This document shows, piece by piece, positions 48,826 to 59,965 of a stretch of 64,000 nucleotides of DNA. This DNA is from an uncultured Actinomycetes bacterium. Lineage in GTDB: Bacteria > Actinomycetota > Thermoleophilia > UBA2241. The DNA lies in assembly GCA_963767005.1 (NCBI GenBank), contig CAVYCN010000002.1, positions 625,028 to 689,027 of the forward strand. The letters are read 5' to 3'. The notes beneath the pieces were generated by a model, which saw only the letters and a program-made list of their open reading frames with translations, ran no database searches and was not told the DNA's origin. A program made the translations under genes and the position numbers. Within the stretch, counting starts at the first letter, position 1. Every line of letters begins with the position of its first letter.

Positions 48826-50299
48826 CTGATATGGAGCAGCGTTTGTCAAGCGGCCGTCGTCGAACCGCCCGCACTCGCAGAGGCGGGTTTGGCGTGGATT
48901 GCCGGGGGGACGCCACGGTGAGCGCGTCGAGCCGCGCTGGCGACTCGCGGTCAGTCTGATATGCGCGGGTTTGACTATCCGAATGACCGTCCTGTGCGTC
49001 GGGAGCGGCGCTGCTCTAACGGCGAGCGTGGCCCTCTCAGAGGGCTGCTCATAGTGCCATCGCGCATGCTCCTCGCGCGGGCGGCCCGGCGCGCTTGCCG
49101 CGACGTCCCATGAGGTGGGAGGCTAGGCGTCCATCGTCGCCAGGCTCCAACACCAGCCGGCCAGCTCGCGGGCCACGGCCACGGCGGCCACCGGGGAGCG
49201 CTTGCCGCGTGCATCGAAGGCCGCCCAGCGTCGCTGTAGACGGCGTCCCGCGGCCTCGGCACGCACACGCACCTCGGCCGGCTGCCCCTCGCGACGGCGC
49301 GCCAGCTCTCGGCTCACACGCAAGGTCGATCGCCGCTGCTGCCAGGCGGCTTCGACCAGCAGGCGCCGGGCGTGGCTGTTGCCGGTCTTGGTGATCGCCC
49401 CCTGGCGGCGGTGCTCCCCGGAGGAGCTCTCGCTGGGGGTGAGACCCAGGTAGGCGCCGATCGAACGGCCATCGAAGCGCTGCCAGTCGCCGATCTCGCA
49501 GGCCAAAGCGAAGGGGGTCAGCGTGGAGACGCCACGCAGACAGGCAAGCCGACCGACCGTCGCCGCCCAGGGCTGCTTGGCGGCTTCCTCGCAGATCGCC
49601 GCATCGAGGGCGTCGCGACGCGCACGCACGCTCTCGACGGCAGCCACGGCCTCCCCGTAGGCAAGAGCCAGGCCGCGCATCTCGAAGCGCTGGCTCGCCA
49701 GCCAGCGCTCATGTGCCTGTGTCCACGCCGAGCCCTCCCAGACGAGGCCCTGGCGCAGGAGCAGCCGCGAGAGACGGTGGCGGGCACGCATGAGGTCGCA
49801 ACGCGCGTCCTCGCGGGCGCGTACGAGGTCACGGGCGGCTTCTTGCTCAAGGCTCGGCACGCGCACTGCGACCAGCTCGCCGAGGCGCAGCAGGCGGGCC
49901 AGCTTGAGGGCGTCGCGGCGGTCGGTCTTGACGCGCTCGCCGGGGGCGCGGGCGATGCGCGAGGGGGCGGCCACCAGGCAGGGGATGTGCGCCGCTTCGC
50001 AGGCGCGCGCCAGGCCGAAGCCGGTGGGGCCCGCCTCGTAGGCGACGGTGATCGAGTCGCCCCGGGCGCGCAGCCAGGTGACGAGCTCGGCGGTGTGCAC
50101 CGGGGCGGCGCAGCTGCGCACCTCGCCGGTACTCCCATCGAGCACCGCAGCCGCGACCGACCGTGCATGCACGTCGAGACCGATGAACGTAAGCTCACTC
50201 ATGCGGCGCCTCCCCGTAAATGCGGCTCTGCCACCACCCGGTGTGGCGGCAACCCGCGCCAACTTACGTGGCGAGGCGCCGCGCCGCTACATACGGTCT
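48826..50299 (-). mobile_element. IS110 family insertion sequence (ends approximate)
   Basis: DEDD transposase; about 300-bp non-coding 3' end with TTGACA near the terminus; CT at both inferred ends; no TIR. Confidence 0.7.
49123..50202 (-). CDS. IS110 family transposase
   Basis: IGLDVH, YEAGPTG, KTDRRDA, GLTPSESSSG, ITKTGN. Confidence 0.95.
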   Translation of the reverse strand: MSELTFIGLDVHARSVAAAVLDGSTGEVRSCAAPVHTAELVTWLRARGDSITVAYEAGPTGFGLARACEAAHIPCLVAAPSRIARAPGERVKTDRRDALKLARLLRLGELVAVRVPSLEQEAARDLVRAREDARCDLMRARHRLSRLLLRQGLVWEGSAWTQAHERWLASQRFEMRGLALAYGEAVAAVESVRARRDALDAAICEEAAKQPWAATVGRLACLRGVSTLTPFALACEIGDWQRFDGRSIGAYLGLTPSESSSGEHRRQGAITKTGNSHARRLLVEAAWQQRRSTLRVSRELARRREGQPAEVRVRAEAAGRRLQRRWAAFDARGKRSPVAAVAVARELAGWCWSLATMDA

Positions 50300-50365
50300 A
50301 ACATAGAAGGTGGACCGATGAAGGGGGTCCGGCCAAGTGGTTCGGCCAAAGTGACGACCTGACGG

Positions 50366-51724
50366 ATGTCGTCGTCGAGCGGGGGGTGTGACGTGCGGAG
50401 CAGTGTCCGTGTGGAGCAAGAGGTCCAGCCGCTCTACGAGATCGGCGAATACACCTATGGGACACCCAGCGTCGCCCAATTCGGTTCGCACGCCAGACTG
50501 TACGTAGGCAAGTACTGCTCGATCGCCGACAAAGTTCTGGTCTTGCTGGGTGGCAACCATCGGGCTGACTGGACAACGGCGTACCCATTCCCTTGGGCGA
50601 TGGGTGACGAGTGGCCGGAGATTGCCGCAATCGACGACTGGCACGGCACGAAGGGCGACGTCGTGGTAGGTAACGACGTCTGGATCGGCTTGGGTGCACT
50701 GATCCTGTCGGGTGTGACGATCGGGCACGGTGCTGTGGTGGGTGCGGGGTCGCTGGTCACTGAGGATGTGCTGCCCTATGCGGTCGTTACAGGCAATCCG
50801 GCGCGCGTGATCCGCATGCGTTTTGATGAGGATACCGTCAGCAGACTCCTGGATCTCCGCTGGTGGGATTGGTCGCTGGAGCGTGTGCGGGCCAATGCTC
50901 GCACTCTTTGCGCCCCTCTGGATGAGTCGAGGCTCCAGCTCGCGAGGCCCAGTGAACCTTGGCCGCCCCCCATTACGAACGCGGACGTGGGGGGCAGCAT
51001 CACCGGGCTGGATTGCAGCTTGTTTGGCGAGGTTGGTGCGCAATCCTCAAGAACCGAGCGCATGTCATGGCTGGCTTTACAGCGGGCAGTGCGCAGTGCA
51101 AAGCCCGGATACAAGTACTGTGAGATCGGACCTGCACGCGGCGGCGGCCTGATGACCCATCTCCTGGATCCGAAGTGTTCGAGAGTTGTCTGGCTCAAGG
51201 AGGCCGACGGGTCGGATGCTGGCAATGAGGCTGTGCCATATCGTGACGAGCCGGTGCTGAGAGTGCTGGAGGGGATACGCCGACGGCCAGACCTCGCAGC
51301 CAAGCTGTCGCCCCTCGGCACAGAGGACGCGCAGCGTGGCGACCCTGCCGACATTTGCCTCGTGGACTGGACGCCATCCGTTGAGTCATCCATCCGGCGA
51401 GTCGAACTGGCGCTGCGCACCTGCGCACCCGGCGGATTGCTTTGCTTCCGCCACGCGAAACTCTCTAGGGCTGCCATACACAAGTGCCTCGACTTGCTCA
51501 AGCAATCCCGGAGCGGCTACTTCTCCCACCACCTCCCAGGAGACACTTTCTGCGTGTGCCTCAAGGGATCGCCCGCCATCAAGGACAGTGGGATACGAGC
51601 GATGTCTGAGGATGGCACACTCTGGCTTGCCAAGACGGATGGGCTGGAACGCGTGCAGTCGATCGTCGGGCACAGCCTCTACACGCTTCGCGCTGCTCTC
51701 GGCGCCGCGGCCGGCCCCCGATAA
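50366..51724 (+). CDS. CatB/Vat-type hexapeptide O-acetyltransferase with extra C-terminal domain
   Basis: VGKYCSIA, GGNH, GNDVWIG, GNPARVIRMRF, WWDW; second domain with YCEIG. Confidence 0.8.
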   Translation: MSSSSGGCDVRSSVRVEQEVQPLYEIGEYTYGTPSVAQFGSHARLYVGKYCSIADKVLVLLGGNHRADWTTAYPFPWAMGDEWPEIAAIDDWHGTKGDVVVGNDVWIGLGALILSGVTIGHGAVVGAGSLVTEDVLPYAVVTGNPARVIRMRFDEDTVSRLLDLRWWDWSLERVRANARTLCAPLDESRLQLARPSEPWPPPITNADVGGSITGLDCSLFGEVGAQSSRTERMSWLALQRAVRSAKPGYKYCEIGPARGGGLMTHLLDPKCSRVVWLKEADGSDAGNEAVPYRDEPVLRVLEGIRRRPDLAAKLSPLGTEDAQRGDPADICLVDWTPSVESSIRRVELALRTCAPGGLLCFRHAKLSRAAIHKCLDLLKQSRSGYFSHHLPGDTFCVCLKGSPAIKDSGIRAMSEDGTLWLAKTDGLERVQSIVGHSLYTLRAALGAAAGPR

Positions 51725-52733
51725 GGGGCCAAGTCATGGTCAATCACGGCCGGGGCGGCCACCACGGCCGGGTCAGGCTTGCGTGATCTCCAAGTGCAGG
51801 GTCGCTGGAACATGATGCCGACGGCGCGGTCGTAGGTGAGCCTGCGACTCGTTTGCTACCGTCCTGATCGTAGTCCACACTGGCTCGTATCATGGTCCTT
51901 TCTGAAGCCGAGCAGGCCGAGCATGAGCGGCGCGTCCTAGCCCGCTGGGACCGCCAGCCGAAGGTCGCCCTGCGAGGACTTCCTGAACCGCCCCGGGTTT
52001 CCTGGAGGCTCCACTCCTTGAGAGGATGGAGCCATGAGTACATCAACGAGGTATCCAGCAGAGGTCCGGGAACGCGCCGTGCGCATGGTCAGAAGTGGCC
52101 GGGTTGGCCTGGACAGCTGAAAGGGGTTCGTAGGTGATGAACTGTTCCTCATGCAGCTGTTGCTTGAGTGCGTAGTGTAGACCAGTAGACCTCATCGGGG
52201 GTGCGGTCTGCGAGCCCCTGATGCCGGCGGCGGCGATTGTAGAAGTCGAAGTAGGCCCCGAGCTCGCGGCGCGCCTCGACCAGGTTCGCGTAGGCCTTCA
52301 GGTAGACCTCCTCGTGCTTCACGCTCCGCCAGAGCCGCTCGATGAAGACGTTGTCTAACCAGCGGCCGCGGCCGTCCATGCTGATCTGCACGCCGTGGCC
52401 GGCGAGCACGCTCGTAAAGCCCTCGCAGGTGAACTGCGCGCCCTGGTCTGTGTTGAAGATCTCGGGCGCCGTGTGGCGTTCCAGCGCCTCCTCGAGCGCC
52501 GCGATGCAGAAGCTGGCGTCCAGGGTGTTCGACAGCCGCCAGGCAAGCACCCGCCGGCTCGCCCAGTCCATGATCGCCGTCAGGTAGCAGAAGCCTCTGG
52601 CCATGGGCACGTAGGTGACGTCGCACGACCAGACGTGCCCGGCCTCGGTGATAGGGAGAAGTGGCCGGGCAGATTCGGACAGCCCGTTAGGTGATACTGC
52701 TCCCCGGCAGCCGACCGAGGAGGAGCACCCGCC

Positions 52734-53039
52734 ATGGCACGACGCCCACGCCGCAACCACTCGCCCGCCTTCAAGGCCAAGGTCGCCCTGGAGGCGATCA
52801 AGGGCGAGCAGCCGATCATCGAGATCGCCGAACGCTTCGACGTTCACCCCAACGTGATCACCAAGTGGAAGCGCCAACTCCTGGAGGGCGCTCCCGCGGT
52901 GTTCGGGGCCGCAGAGAGCGAGAAGGAACAGGCCCCCGACGTCGCCAAGCTGCACGCCAAGATCGGCGAGCTCACGATGGAGAACGATTTTTTGTCCGGG
53001 GCGCTCGGGCGCACAGACGGGCCGAGCGCAAGGCGATGA
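52734..53039 (+). CDS. IS3 transposase OrfA
   Basis: RRNHSPAFKAKVAL...IAERFDVHPN..KWK HTH. Confidence 0.92.
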   Translation: MARRPRRNHSPAFKAKVALEAIKGEQPIIEIAERFDVHPNVITKWKRQLLEGAPAVFGAAESEKEQAPDVAKLHAKIGELTMENDFLSGALGRTDGPSARR

Positions 53040-53866
53040 TCACCAGAGAGGCATCGCTGCCGATCACCAGACAGGCGCGCCTGCTCGACCTTGCCCGCTC
53101 CAGCGTCTACTACCGGCCGCTGGACACAAGCGAGCGTGACCTTGCCCTGATGGCGGCGATCGATGAGATCCACACCGAGCTGCCGTTCTACGGGATCAGA
53201 AGGATCCGAGGCGAGCTGCGCGGCCGTGGCTTCGATGTTGGCCGCGCTCACCTGGCCACCCTCATGCGCCGCATGGGCATCACGGCGATCGCCCCCAAGC
53301 GCCGGCTCTCAAAGCCGGCTCCGGGCCACAAAATCTACCCCTACCTCTTACGTGGCCTACCCATCACCGAGGCCGGGCACGTCTGGTCGTGCGACGTCAC
53401 CTACGTGCCCATGGCCAGAGGCTTCTGCTACCTGACGGCGATCATGGACTGGGCGAGCCGGCGGGTGCTTGCCTGGCGGCTGTCGAACACCCTGGACGCC
53501 AGCTTCTGCATCGCGGCGCTCGAGGAGGCGCTGGAACGCCACACGGCGCCCGAGATCTTCAACACAGACCAGGGCGCGCAGTTCACCTGCGAGGGCTTTA
53601 CGAGCGTGCTCGCCGGCCACGGCGTGCAGATCAGCATGGACGGCCGCGGCCGCTGGTTAGACAACGTCTTCATCGAGCGGCTCTGGCGGAGCGTGAAGCA
53701 CGAGGAGGTCTACCTGAAGGCCTACGCGAACCTGGTCGAGGCGCGCCGCGAGCTCGGGGCCTACTTCGACTTCTACAATCGCCGCCGCCGGCATCAGGGG
53801 CTCGCAGACCGCACCCCCGATGAGGTCTACTGGTCTACACTACGCACTCAAGCAACAGCTGCATGA
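53036..53866 (+). CDS. IS3 transposase OrfB (DDE)
   Basis: WSCDVTY, NTDQGAQF, DNVFIERLWRSVK. Confidence 0.92.
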   Translation: MITREASLPITRQARLLDLARSSVYYRPLDTSERDLALMAAIDEIHTELPFYGIRRIRGELRGRGFDVGRAHLATLMRRMGITAIAPKRRLSKPAPGHKIYPYLLRGLPITEAGHVWSCDVTYVPMARGFCYLTAIMDWASRRVLAWRLSNTLDASFCIAALEEALERHTAPEIFNTDQGAQFTCEGFTSVLAGHGVQISMDGRGRWLDNVFIERLWRSVKHEEVYLKAYANLVEARRELGAYFDFYNRRRRHQGLADRTPDEVYWSTLRTQATAA

Positions 53867-54247
53867 GGAACAGTTCATCACCTACGAACCCCTTTCAGCT
53901 GTCCAGGCCAACCCGGCCACTTCTGGGTAGGCCACGTAAGAGGTAGGGGTAGATTTTGTGGCCCGGAGCCGGCTTTGAGAGCCGGCGCTTGGGGGCGATC
54001 GCCGTGATGCCCATGCGGCGCATGAGGGTGGCCAGGTGAGCGCGGCCAACATCGAAGCCACGGCCGCGCAGCTCGCCTCGGATCCTTCTGATCCCGTAGA
54101 ACGGCAGCTCGGTGTGGATCTCATCGATCGCCGCCATCAGGGCAAGGTCACGCTCGCTTGTGTCCAGCGGCCGGTAGTAGACGCTGGAGCGGGCAAGGTC
54201 GAGCAGGCGCGCCTGTCTGGTGATCGGCAGCGATGCCTCTCTGGTGA

Positions 54248-54553
54248 TCATCGCCTTGCGCTCGGCCCGTCTGTGCGCCCGAGCGCCCCGGACAAAAAAT
54301 CGTTCTCCATCGTGAGCTCGCCGATCTTGGCGTGCAGCTTGGCGACGTCGGGGGCCTGTTCCTTCTCGCTCTCTGCGGCCCCGAACACCGCGGGAGCGCC
54401 CTCCAGGAGTTGGCGCTTCCACTTGGTGATCACGTTGGGGTGAACGTCGAAGCGTTCGGCGATCTCGATGATCGGCTGCTCGCCCTTGATCGCCTCCAGG
54501 GCGACCTTGGCCTTGAAGGCGGGCGAGTGGTTGCGGCGTGGGCGTCGTGCCAT
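54248..54553 (-). CDS. IS3 transposase OrfA of element B
   Basis: Translation identical to 52734-53039. Confidence 0.9.
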   Translation of the reverse strand: MARRPRRNHSPAFKAKVALEAIKGEQPIIEIAERFDVHPNVITKWKRQLLEGAPAVFGAAESEKEQAPDVAKLHAKIGELTMENDFLSGALGRTDGPSARR

Positions 54554-54836
54554 GGCGGGTGCTCCTCCTCGGTCGGCTGCCGGGGAGCAGTATCACCTAA
54601 CGGGCTGTCCGAATCTGCCCGGCCACTTCTGTCTTCGAACACGAAGGCGAGTATGGCTCCCAGTGGGCGGCGATCAGCTCGATCGCCGCCAAGCTCGGCA
54701 TGACGCCGGAGACGCTGCGCACCTGGGTGCGCCGCGCCGAGACAGACGAGGGCCTGCGGCCGGGCCTGACCACCACGGAGCGCGAGCGCCTCAAGGCCCT
54801 TGAGCGCGAGAACCGCGAGTTGCGCCGTGCCAATGA

Positions 54837-55805
<969 letters not shown>

Positions 55806-56077
55806 AGCCGGGGCGGTTCATCCCCTCTTCCTCTGGGGCATTCTCTACGTCCTTGGGGGCCTCCCTGTGGCCCGCCTCGGTCTCATCGGCTGGCTCTCTG
55901 GGTGGGATCCGTTGAGCTTCGGACCCGATGGCAGCGCTCCCTGGTCGGGAATCGCCATTGAGGGCCTGGTGCCCCTCTGCCTCGGCTGCCTGGTCCTCTT
56001 CGGGATGGTTGTGTTGACGGTCAATAGAGGGGCATTTCAGGGCACGCCTAGAAAGGCGCGTTTTGGAGGGAAGAGGC

Positions 56078-56127
56078 TGGTGGCGAGGGACAGAATTGAA
56101 CTGTCGACACCATGATTTTCAGTCGTG
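56078..56127 (-). other. 3' half of tRNA-Phe(GAA), probable att site
   Basis: Reverse complement reads CACGACTGAAAATCATGGTGTCGACAGTTCAATTCTGTCCCTCGCCACCA: anticodon arm, T arm and CCA, but no D arm or 5' acceptor strand. Confidence 0.85.
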
Positions 56128-56348
56128 ATCCGAGGCGACCGACGGGCCGTTTAGTTCAGCTTAGTTCAGGATTTGCACCCCGTCCGGTGCCTCAGAAAAG
56201 GCCTCTACGCAGGTATTCCTGCGCTCAGCCTCCGCGCTGCACGGGCGATTCCCTGAACTAAAACAGCCCCTTTTGCACCCAAACTGCACTCTAGCGACGC
56301 CTTTCGGGCCGTAGTGCTGCACGATGTCGGCGGCCCGTCGGCGGCGGT

Positions 56349-57095
56349 TCATGACCGCTCCCCCTCTCCGGGCCCGGCCGCCGGTCCCTCGCCGGACTGT
56401 TCATCGGCTGCGCCCTCGCTGTCGCGCTGCGCCATGAACTCCTTGATGGCGATCAGGCGCTCAAGCACATCGGCGCCGCTGCCGTGAATCAGCGGACCCG
56501 AGGCGGCCCGGCCGCGGCCGCTGAGGCCCAGAAGCCCAGCCTGTCTCGCCCGGGCGATGCGACTGGCGGCCGCGGTCGGGCTGATCGCAAAGTAGGCAGC
56601 CACCGCCTGGCGCGGCGCACGGTGCTCGGCATGGGCCTGGGCGTAGACCTCGGCGACCTCCTCCAGGTGGGTGAGGTCAAGCCGCCGTTGTCCCGCCCGC
56701 TTGGGGCCGGCGGCCAGCAGGGCCTCCTCCCTACGGCGCTGCTCAAGGAGCCGCTTGCGGTACTCGGTCTGCGAGCTCGGCGCCGTAGTCGCAACGGCAA
56801 GCTCGCTGGCCGCCGCCTTGGCAAGCTCCTCGCGCAGCTGCCGGTAGGCGGCCGCGGCTATGCCCCTCATGCCCAAGCCGCGCAGATCGGCGGTCTGCAG
56901 GGCCCGTGGCGCTACTCCTGCGGGAAAGCCGACGTGCAGGCCGACAGGCTCCCAGCGACCTTCGAGCAAGACGAACTCGACGCTGAGCTCAAGCTCGCCG
57001 TCGCGGCCGTTGGGCCAGCGGAGCGCAATCGTCTTACTTTGCCAGGGTCCGAGCGTCATGAGCGACATCGTGCCGAATTTCGAAGGATCCGTCAA
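56349..57095 (-). CDS. DNA-binding protein of integrative elements (DUF6214-like)
   Basis: VAEVY..A.....APRQAVA..F.IS..AA..RI..AR..GLL C-terminal HTH. Confidence 0.55.
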   Translation of the reverse strand: MTDPSKFGTMSLMTLGPWQSKTIALRWPNGRDGELELSVEFVLLEGRWEPVGLHVGFPAGVAPRALQTADLRGLGMRGIAAAAYRQLREELAKAAASELAVATTAPSSQTEYRKRLLEQRRREEALLAAGPKRAGQRRLDLTHLEEVAEVYAQAHAEHRAPRQAVAAYFAISPTAAASRIARARQAGLLGLSGRGRAASGPLIHGSGADVLERLIAIKEFMAQRDSEGAADEQSGEGPAAGPGEGERS

Positions 57096-57321
57096 TAGAT
57101 TTGCGCTTCTGTCTGATATGCGAGTAACTCTCGGTCAGTCAGCTCCTTCGTTATTCACCGGAGGTCGTCATGAGCAACACGGCGTTCGACAGCAGGCAGC
57201 CGGGGGGCACTCTTCTCGCGCGCGCGACTACAAAGGTTACCTCGCCACCAGCCTCATCACGGTGGCGACGGCGCTCACCGTCGCCAGCGCCACGGTCTCT
57301 GCCACCAGGAGGTGATGCGCC

Positions 57322-57744
57322 ATGCCCCGCGCGAGCAAGGCCGAACACGAGCAACGTATCGAGCAGTTCGTCCAGCTCATGATCCTCAAGGACGCACAAC
57401 GACGCGACCTGATCCCCTGGGCCAAGGCACGCTGGGGCATCGGCGAGCGTCAGGCCGACAAGTACATCGCCGCTGCCCGCGAGCGCATGGTCCAGGGTCT
57501 CGCCGTCGATCGCGCCTTCGAAAGCGCCCAGTCGCTGCGCCGTCACGCGGTGGTCTTCGTCCAGGCTCTCAAGGACGGCAAGCTCGCCGTGGCCGAGAAG
57601 GCGCTGCACGATATCGACCTGCTGCGCGGCCTCGGTGTGCGCGGCGCACAGGCGCAAGAGCTCGATACCGCCACACTACGCCGCAACTTCGCGGAGATCG
57701 CCGCTGAGCTGCTCGAGGCGGGCGAGCTCGATGAGGTCGGCTGA
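57322..57744 (+). CDS. putative terminase small subunit
   Basis: HTH-like WGIGERQADKYIAAA; overlaps the start of terL; GGAGG RBS. Confidence 0.55.
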   Translation: MPRASKAEHEQRIEQFVQLMILKDAQRRDLIPWAKARWGIGERQADKYIAAARERMVQGLAVDRAFESAQSLRRHAVVFVQALKDGKLAVAEKALHDIDLLRGLGVRGAQAQELDTATLRRNFAEIAAELLEAGELDEVG

Positions 57745-59176
57745 AGCCAGGCGGCGCGCCGAGGCCTGGGCGGAGAAGCTCACGCACGAGGAGCTGATCC
57801 GCATGGCTCACGGCATCCGCCTACCCGACGAGATCACCTTCCTCAAGACGTTGCAGATCGAGGACAAGGTCTGTGGCGGTCTGATCGATTTCACCCCCTG
57901 GGACTTCCAGGAGGAGCTCATCGCCGAGCTCGATCAACACGACCAGGTGATGGTGCTCAAGGCGCGTCAGCTCGGCATCACCTGGACGGTCCTGGGTCAC
58001 CTGCTCTATGCGGGCACCTTCTGGGGCAACAGGCTCTTTTTGATCTTCAGCCAATCCGGTGACGATGCGGTCGCCGCCCTGCAGCGCATCCGCCTCATGC
58101 ACGACTCGATGCCCGAGGCCTGGCGCCCGGCCAAGCTCAAGGACAACACGAAGGAGATCGTCTTTGCCAACGGCAGCCGCTACAAGGCGATGAAGGCAAC
58201 CAAGCGCGCCGGCCGCGGCCTGGCACCCTATGCCGTGCTGGCTGACGAGCTTGCCTTTTGGGCCTGGCCTGCCGTGCAGATGGCCACGATCGAGGCCGGC
58301 GCGGCGCGCATCTGCGTGGTGACCACGGGCAACGGTCCCGACGATCACGCCCACCACATGTGGCTTAAGGCGCAGGCCGGCGAGGGCGAGTACACGCCCA
58401 TCTTCTATCCCTGGAACGCGCACCCCGACCGCGACGAGGAGTGGTACCGGCGCAAGGTCGTCGAGTCGGCTGAGCCGCGCCTGGCACGGCGCGAGTTCGC
58501 CGCCAACCCGCAGGAGGCCTTCGCCGCGCCCGAGGGCGTCTTCTTCGAACGCTGGCAGGACGAGCGCAACGCACCCAAGCCCTTCCGCCCGGCCGCTAAC
58601 TGGGAGACCTGGCGCTGCGTCGACTTCGGCTACCACTGGCCCGCCTGCCTGTGGGTGCAGATCTCGCCCAAGGGCCAGTACCTGGTGGTCTCCGAGCTCG
58701 CCCAGCGTGAGTCGCGCGGCTGGACCACGGCCGAGTTTGCCGAGGCGATCCTGGAGCGCGACGCCGAGCTGAACCTGGCGATGCCGATCCGCGGCACCTT
58801 CTGCGATCCGGCCGGCAAGGCCAAGGAGGTCACGACCGGCACCAGCGAGTTCGAGATCTTCTCCTCGATGGGCCTGGCGCCGATCGGCAAGCCCTCGTCT
58901 GTGCGCGACGGCTGCGTGCGCATCACAGACGAGATCGCCCACCCGGCGCTGCCGCTGCTGGTGAGCCGCTCGTGTAAGTGGACAGTCGAGGCGCTCACCA
59001 CGATCGCCGCCGACAAGAGCCACCCCGACGTCTACGACGAGGGCTCGGTCTACACCCACGCACTCGATGCGCTGCGCTACTTTCTGGTCAACCAGACCCG
59101 CGCCGCGGCCCCGTACCGGCCCATGAGCCGCGGCTTTGACGAGGCCCCGTTCGGCGGCGTCTTTAGCATCTACTAG
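57731..59176 (+). CDS. terL: phage terminase large subunit
   Basis: VLKARQLGIT (Walker A), VLADELAF (Walker B), VTTGNG, CVDFG, HALDALRY. Confidence 0.9.
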   Translation: MRSAEARRRAEAWAEKLTHEELIRMAHGIRLPDEITFLKTLQIEDKVCGGLIDFTPWDFQEELIAELDQHDQVMVLKARQLGITWTVLGHLLYAGTFWGNRLFLIFSQSGDDAVAALQRIRLMHDSMPEAWRPAKLKDNTKEIVFANGSRYKAMKATKRAGRGLAPYAVLADELAFWAWPAVQMATIEAGAARICVVTTGNGPDDHAHHMWLKAQAGEGEYTPIFYPWNAHPDRDEEWYRRKVVESAEPRLARREFAANPQEAFAAPEGVFFERWQDERNAPKPFRPAANWETWRCVDFGYHWPACLWVQISPKGQYLVVSELAQRESRGWTTAEFAEAILERDAELNLAMPIRGTFCDPAGKAKEVTTGTSEFEIFSSMGLAPIGKPSSVRDGCVRITDEIAHPALPLLVSRSCKWTVEALTTIAADKSHPDVYDEGSVYTHALDALRYFLVNQTRAAAPYRPMSRGFDEAPFGGVFSIY

Positions 59177-59240
59177 AGGCAAACTCGGCCGGCGAGACCC
59201 GACTGTGAGTCACGCGCCACGACGCGGTCCCGAAGGCGTC

Positions 59241-59768
59241 TCACAGCGAGCCTCCACCGGGGCCTGGTGGGTCGGCGGGCCTGCCTGCCTGCACAGGTGT
59301 GACAGCAGCCGCCCCTGCACCCCGCCCCTCGGCGTCGTCGAGCTGCCTCGCGTAACCCTCAAGGAGGGAGCGCAAGCGGAAGTGCAGGTCCTCCTCGACT
59401 CCTTGCAGCACGGCGATCTCCTTGGCGAGGGCTTGCTGCGCGGGGTAGGCGTCGGCGACCGCCTGGCGCGCCTCAAGGGTGGCCTCGCTTCTGGTGAGCT
59501 CGGCCTCCTTTTGGGCGGTGGCCGCAAGCTCGGCGACGCTTCGCTTGGCGACGAGGAGCGTGTTGTGAAGCGTCTGTTCGAGCGTGCGGTACTGCTCGAG
59601 CTGCTGCTCTGTGGCCTCGCAACTCTCGGCTAAGGCGACGTTCTCGCCAAAGAGGCGCTCGAACTGCTCGGCGAGCTCCTCAAGAAAGGCATCGACCTCG
59701 GCGCTCAGGTAGCCGCGCGACGTGTGCTTGAACTGCTTGCTGCGGATCTCGAGCGGCGTCAGCTTCAC
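59241..59768 (-). CDS. divIVA: DivIVA domain protein
   Basis: LTPLEIRSKQF....RGY...EVDAFL followed by coiled coil. Confidence 0.88.
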   Translation of the reverse strand: MKLTPLEIRSKQFKHTSRGYLSAEVDAFLEELAEQFERLFGENVALAESCEATEQQLEQYRTLEQTLHNTLLVAKRSVAELAATAQKEAELTRSEATLEARQAVADAYPAQQALAKEIAVLQGVEEDLHFRLRSLLEGYARQLDDAEGRGAGAAAVTPVQAGRPADPPGPGGGSL

Positions 59769-59965
59769 AACGACCCCCAGTTCCGGCTTCTGGGGCGCCG
59801 CCTGCGTCTGCGTGTGATCGTGTCGATCTCCTCGAGGTAGGTGCCCGCACCCACGGCGACACAGGTAAGCGGCGACTCGGCAAGCGGTACGGCGATCTCG
59901 GTCTCTGCGCGCAGGCGCTCGGGCAGGCCGCGCAGCTGGGCAGCGCCGCCGGCCAGCATGATGCG
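59765..59965 (-). pseudogene. mreB: C-terminal fragment of a second mreB
   Basis: [49 protein letters not shown] closely matches the end of the mreB at 45561. Confidence 0.85.

Larger units (their letters stand above)
52657..53924 (+). mobile_element. IS3 family element C, intact 1268-bp copy of B in opposite orientation
   Basis: AGAAGTGGCCGG...CCGGCCACTTCT ends; GGG flanks; slippery TTTTTTG near the end of orfA. Confidence 0.92.
52091..54630 (-). mobile_element. IS3 family element B, inserted in A and interrupted by its own copy
   Basis: AGAAGTGGCCGG ends; GTC duplication; orfA 54248-54553, orfB split. Confidence 0.92.

Noticed and set aside
56078-56127. functional tRNA-Phe gene
   Set aside because: D arm and 5' acceptor strand are absent, and the anticodon stem has a mismatch.
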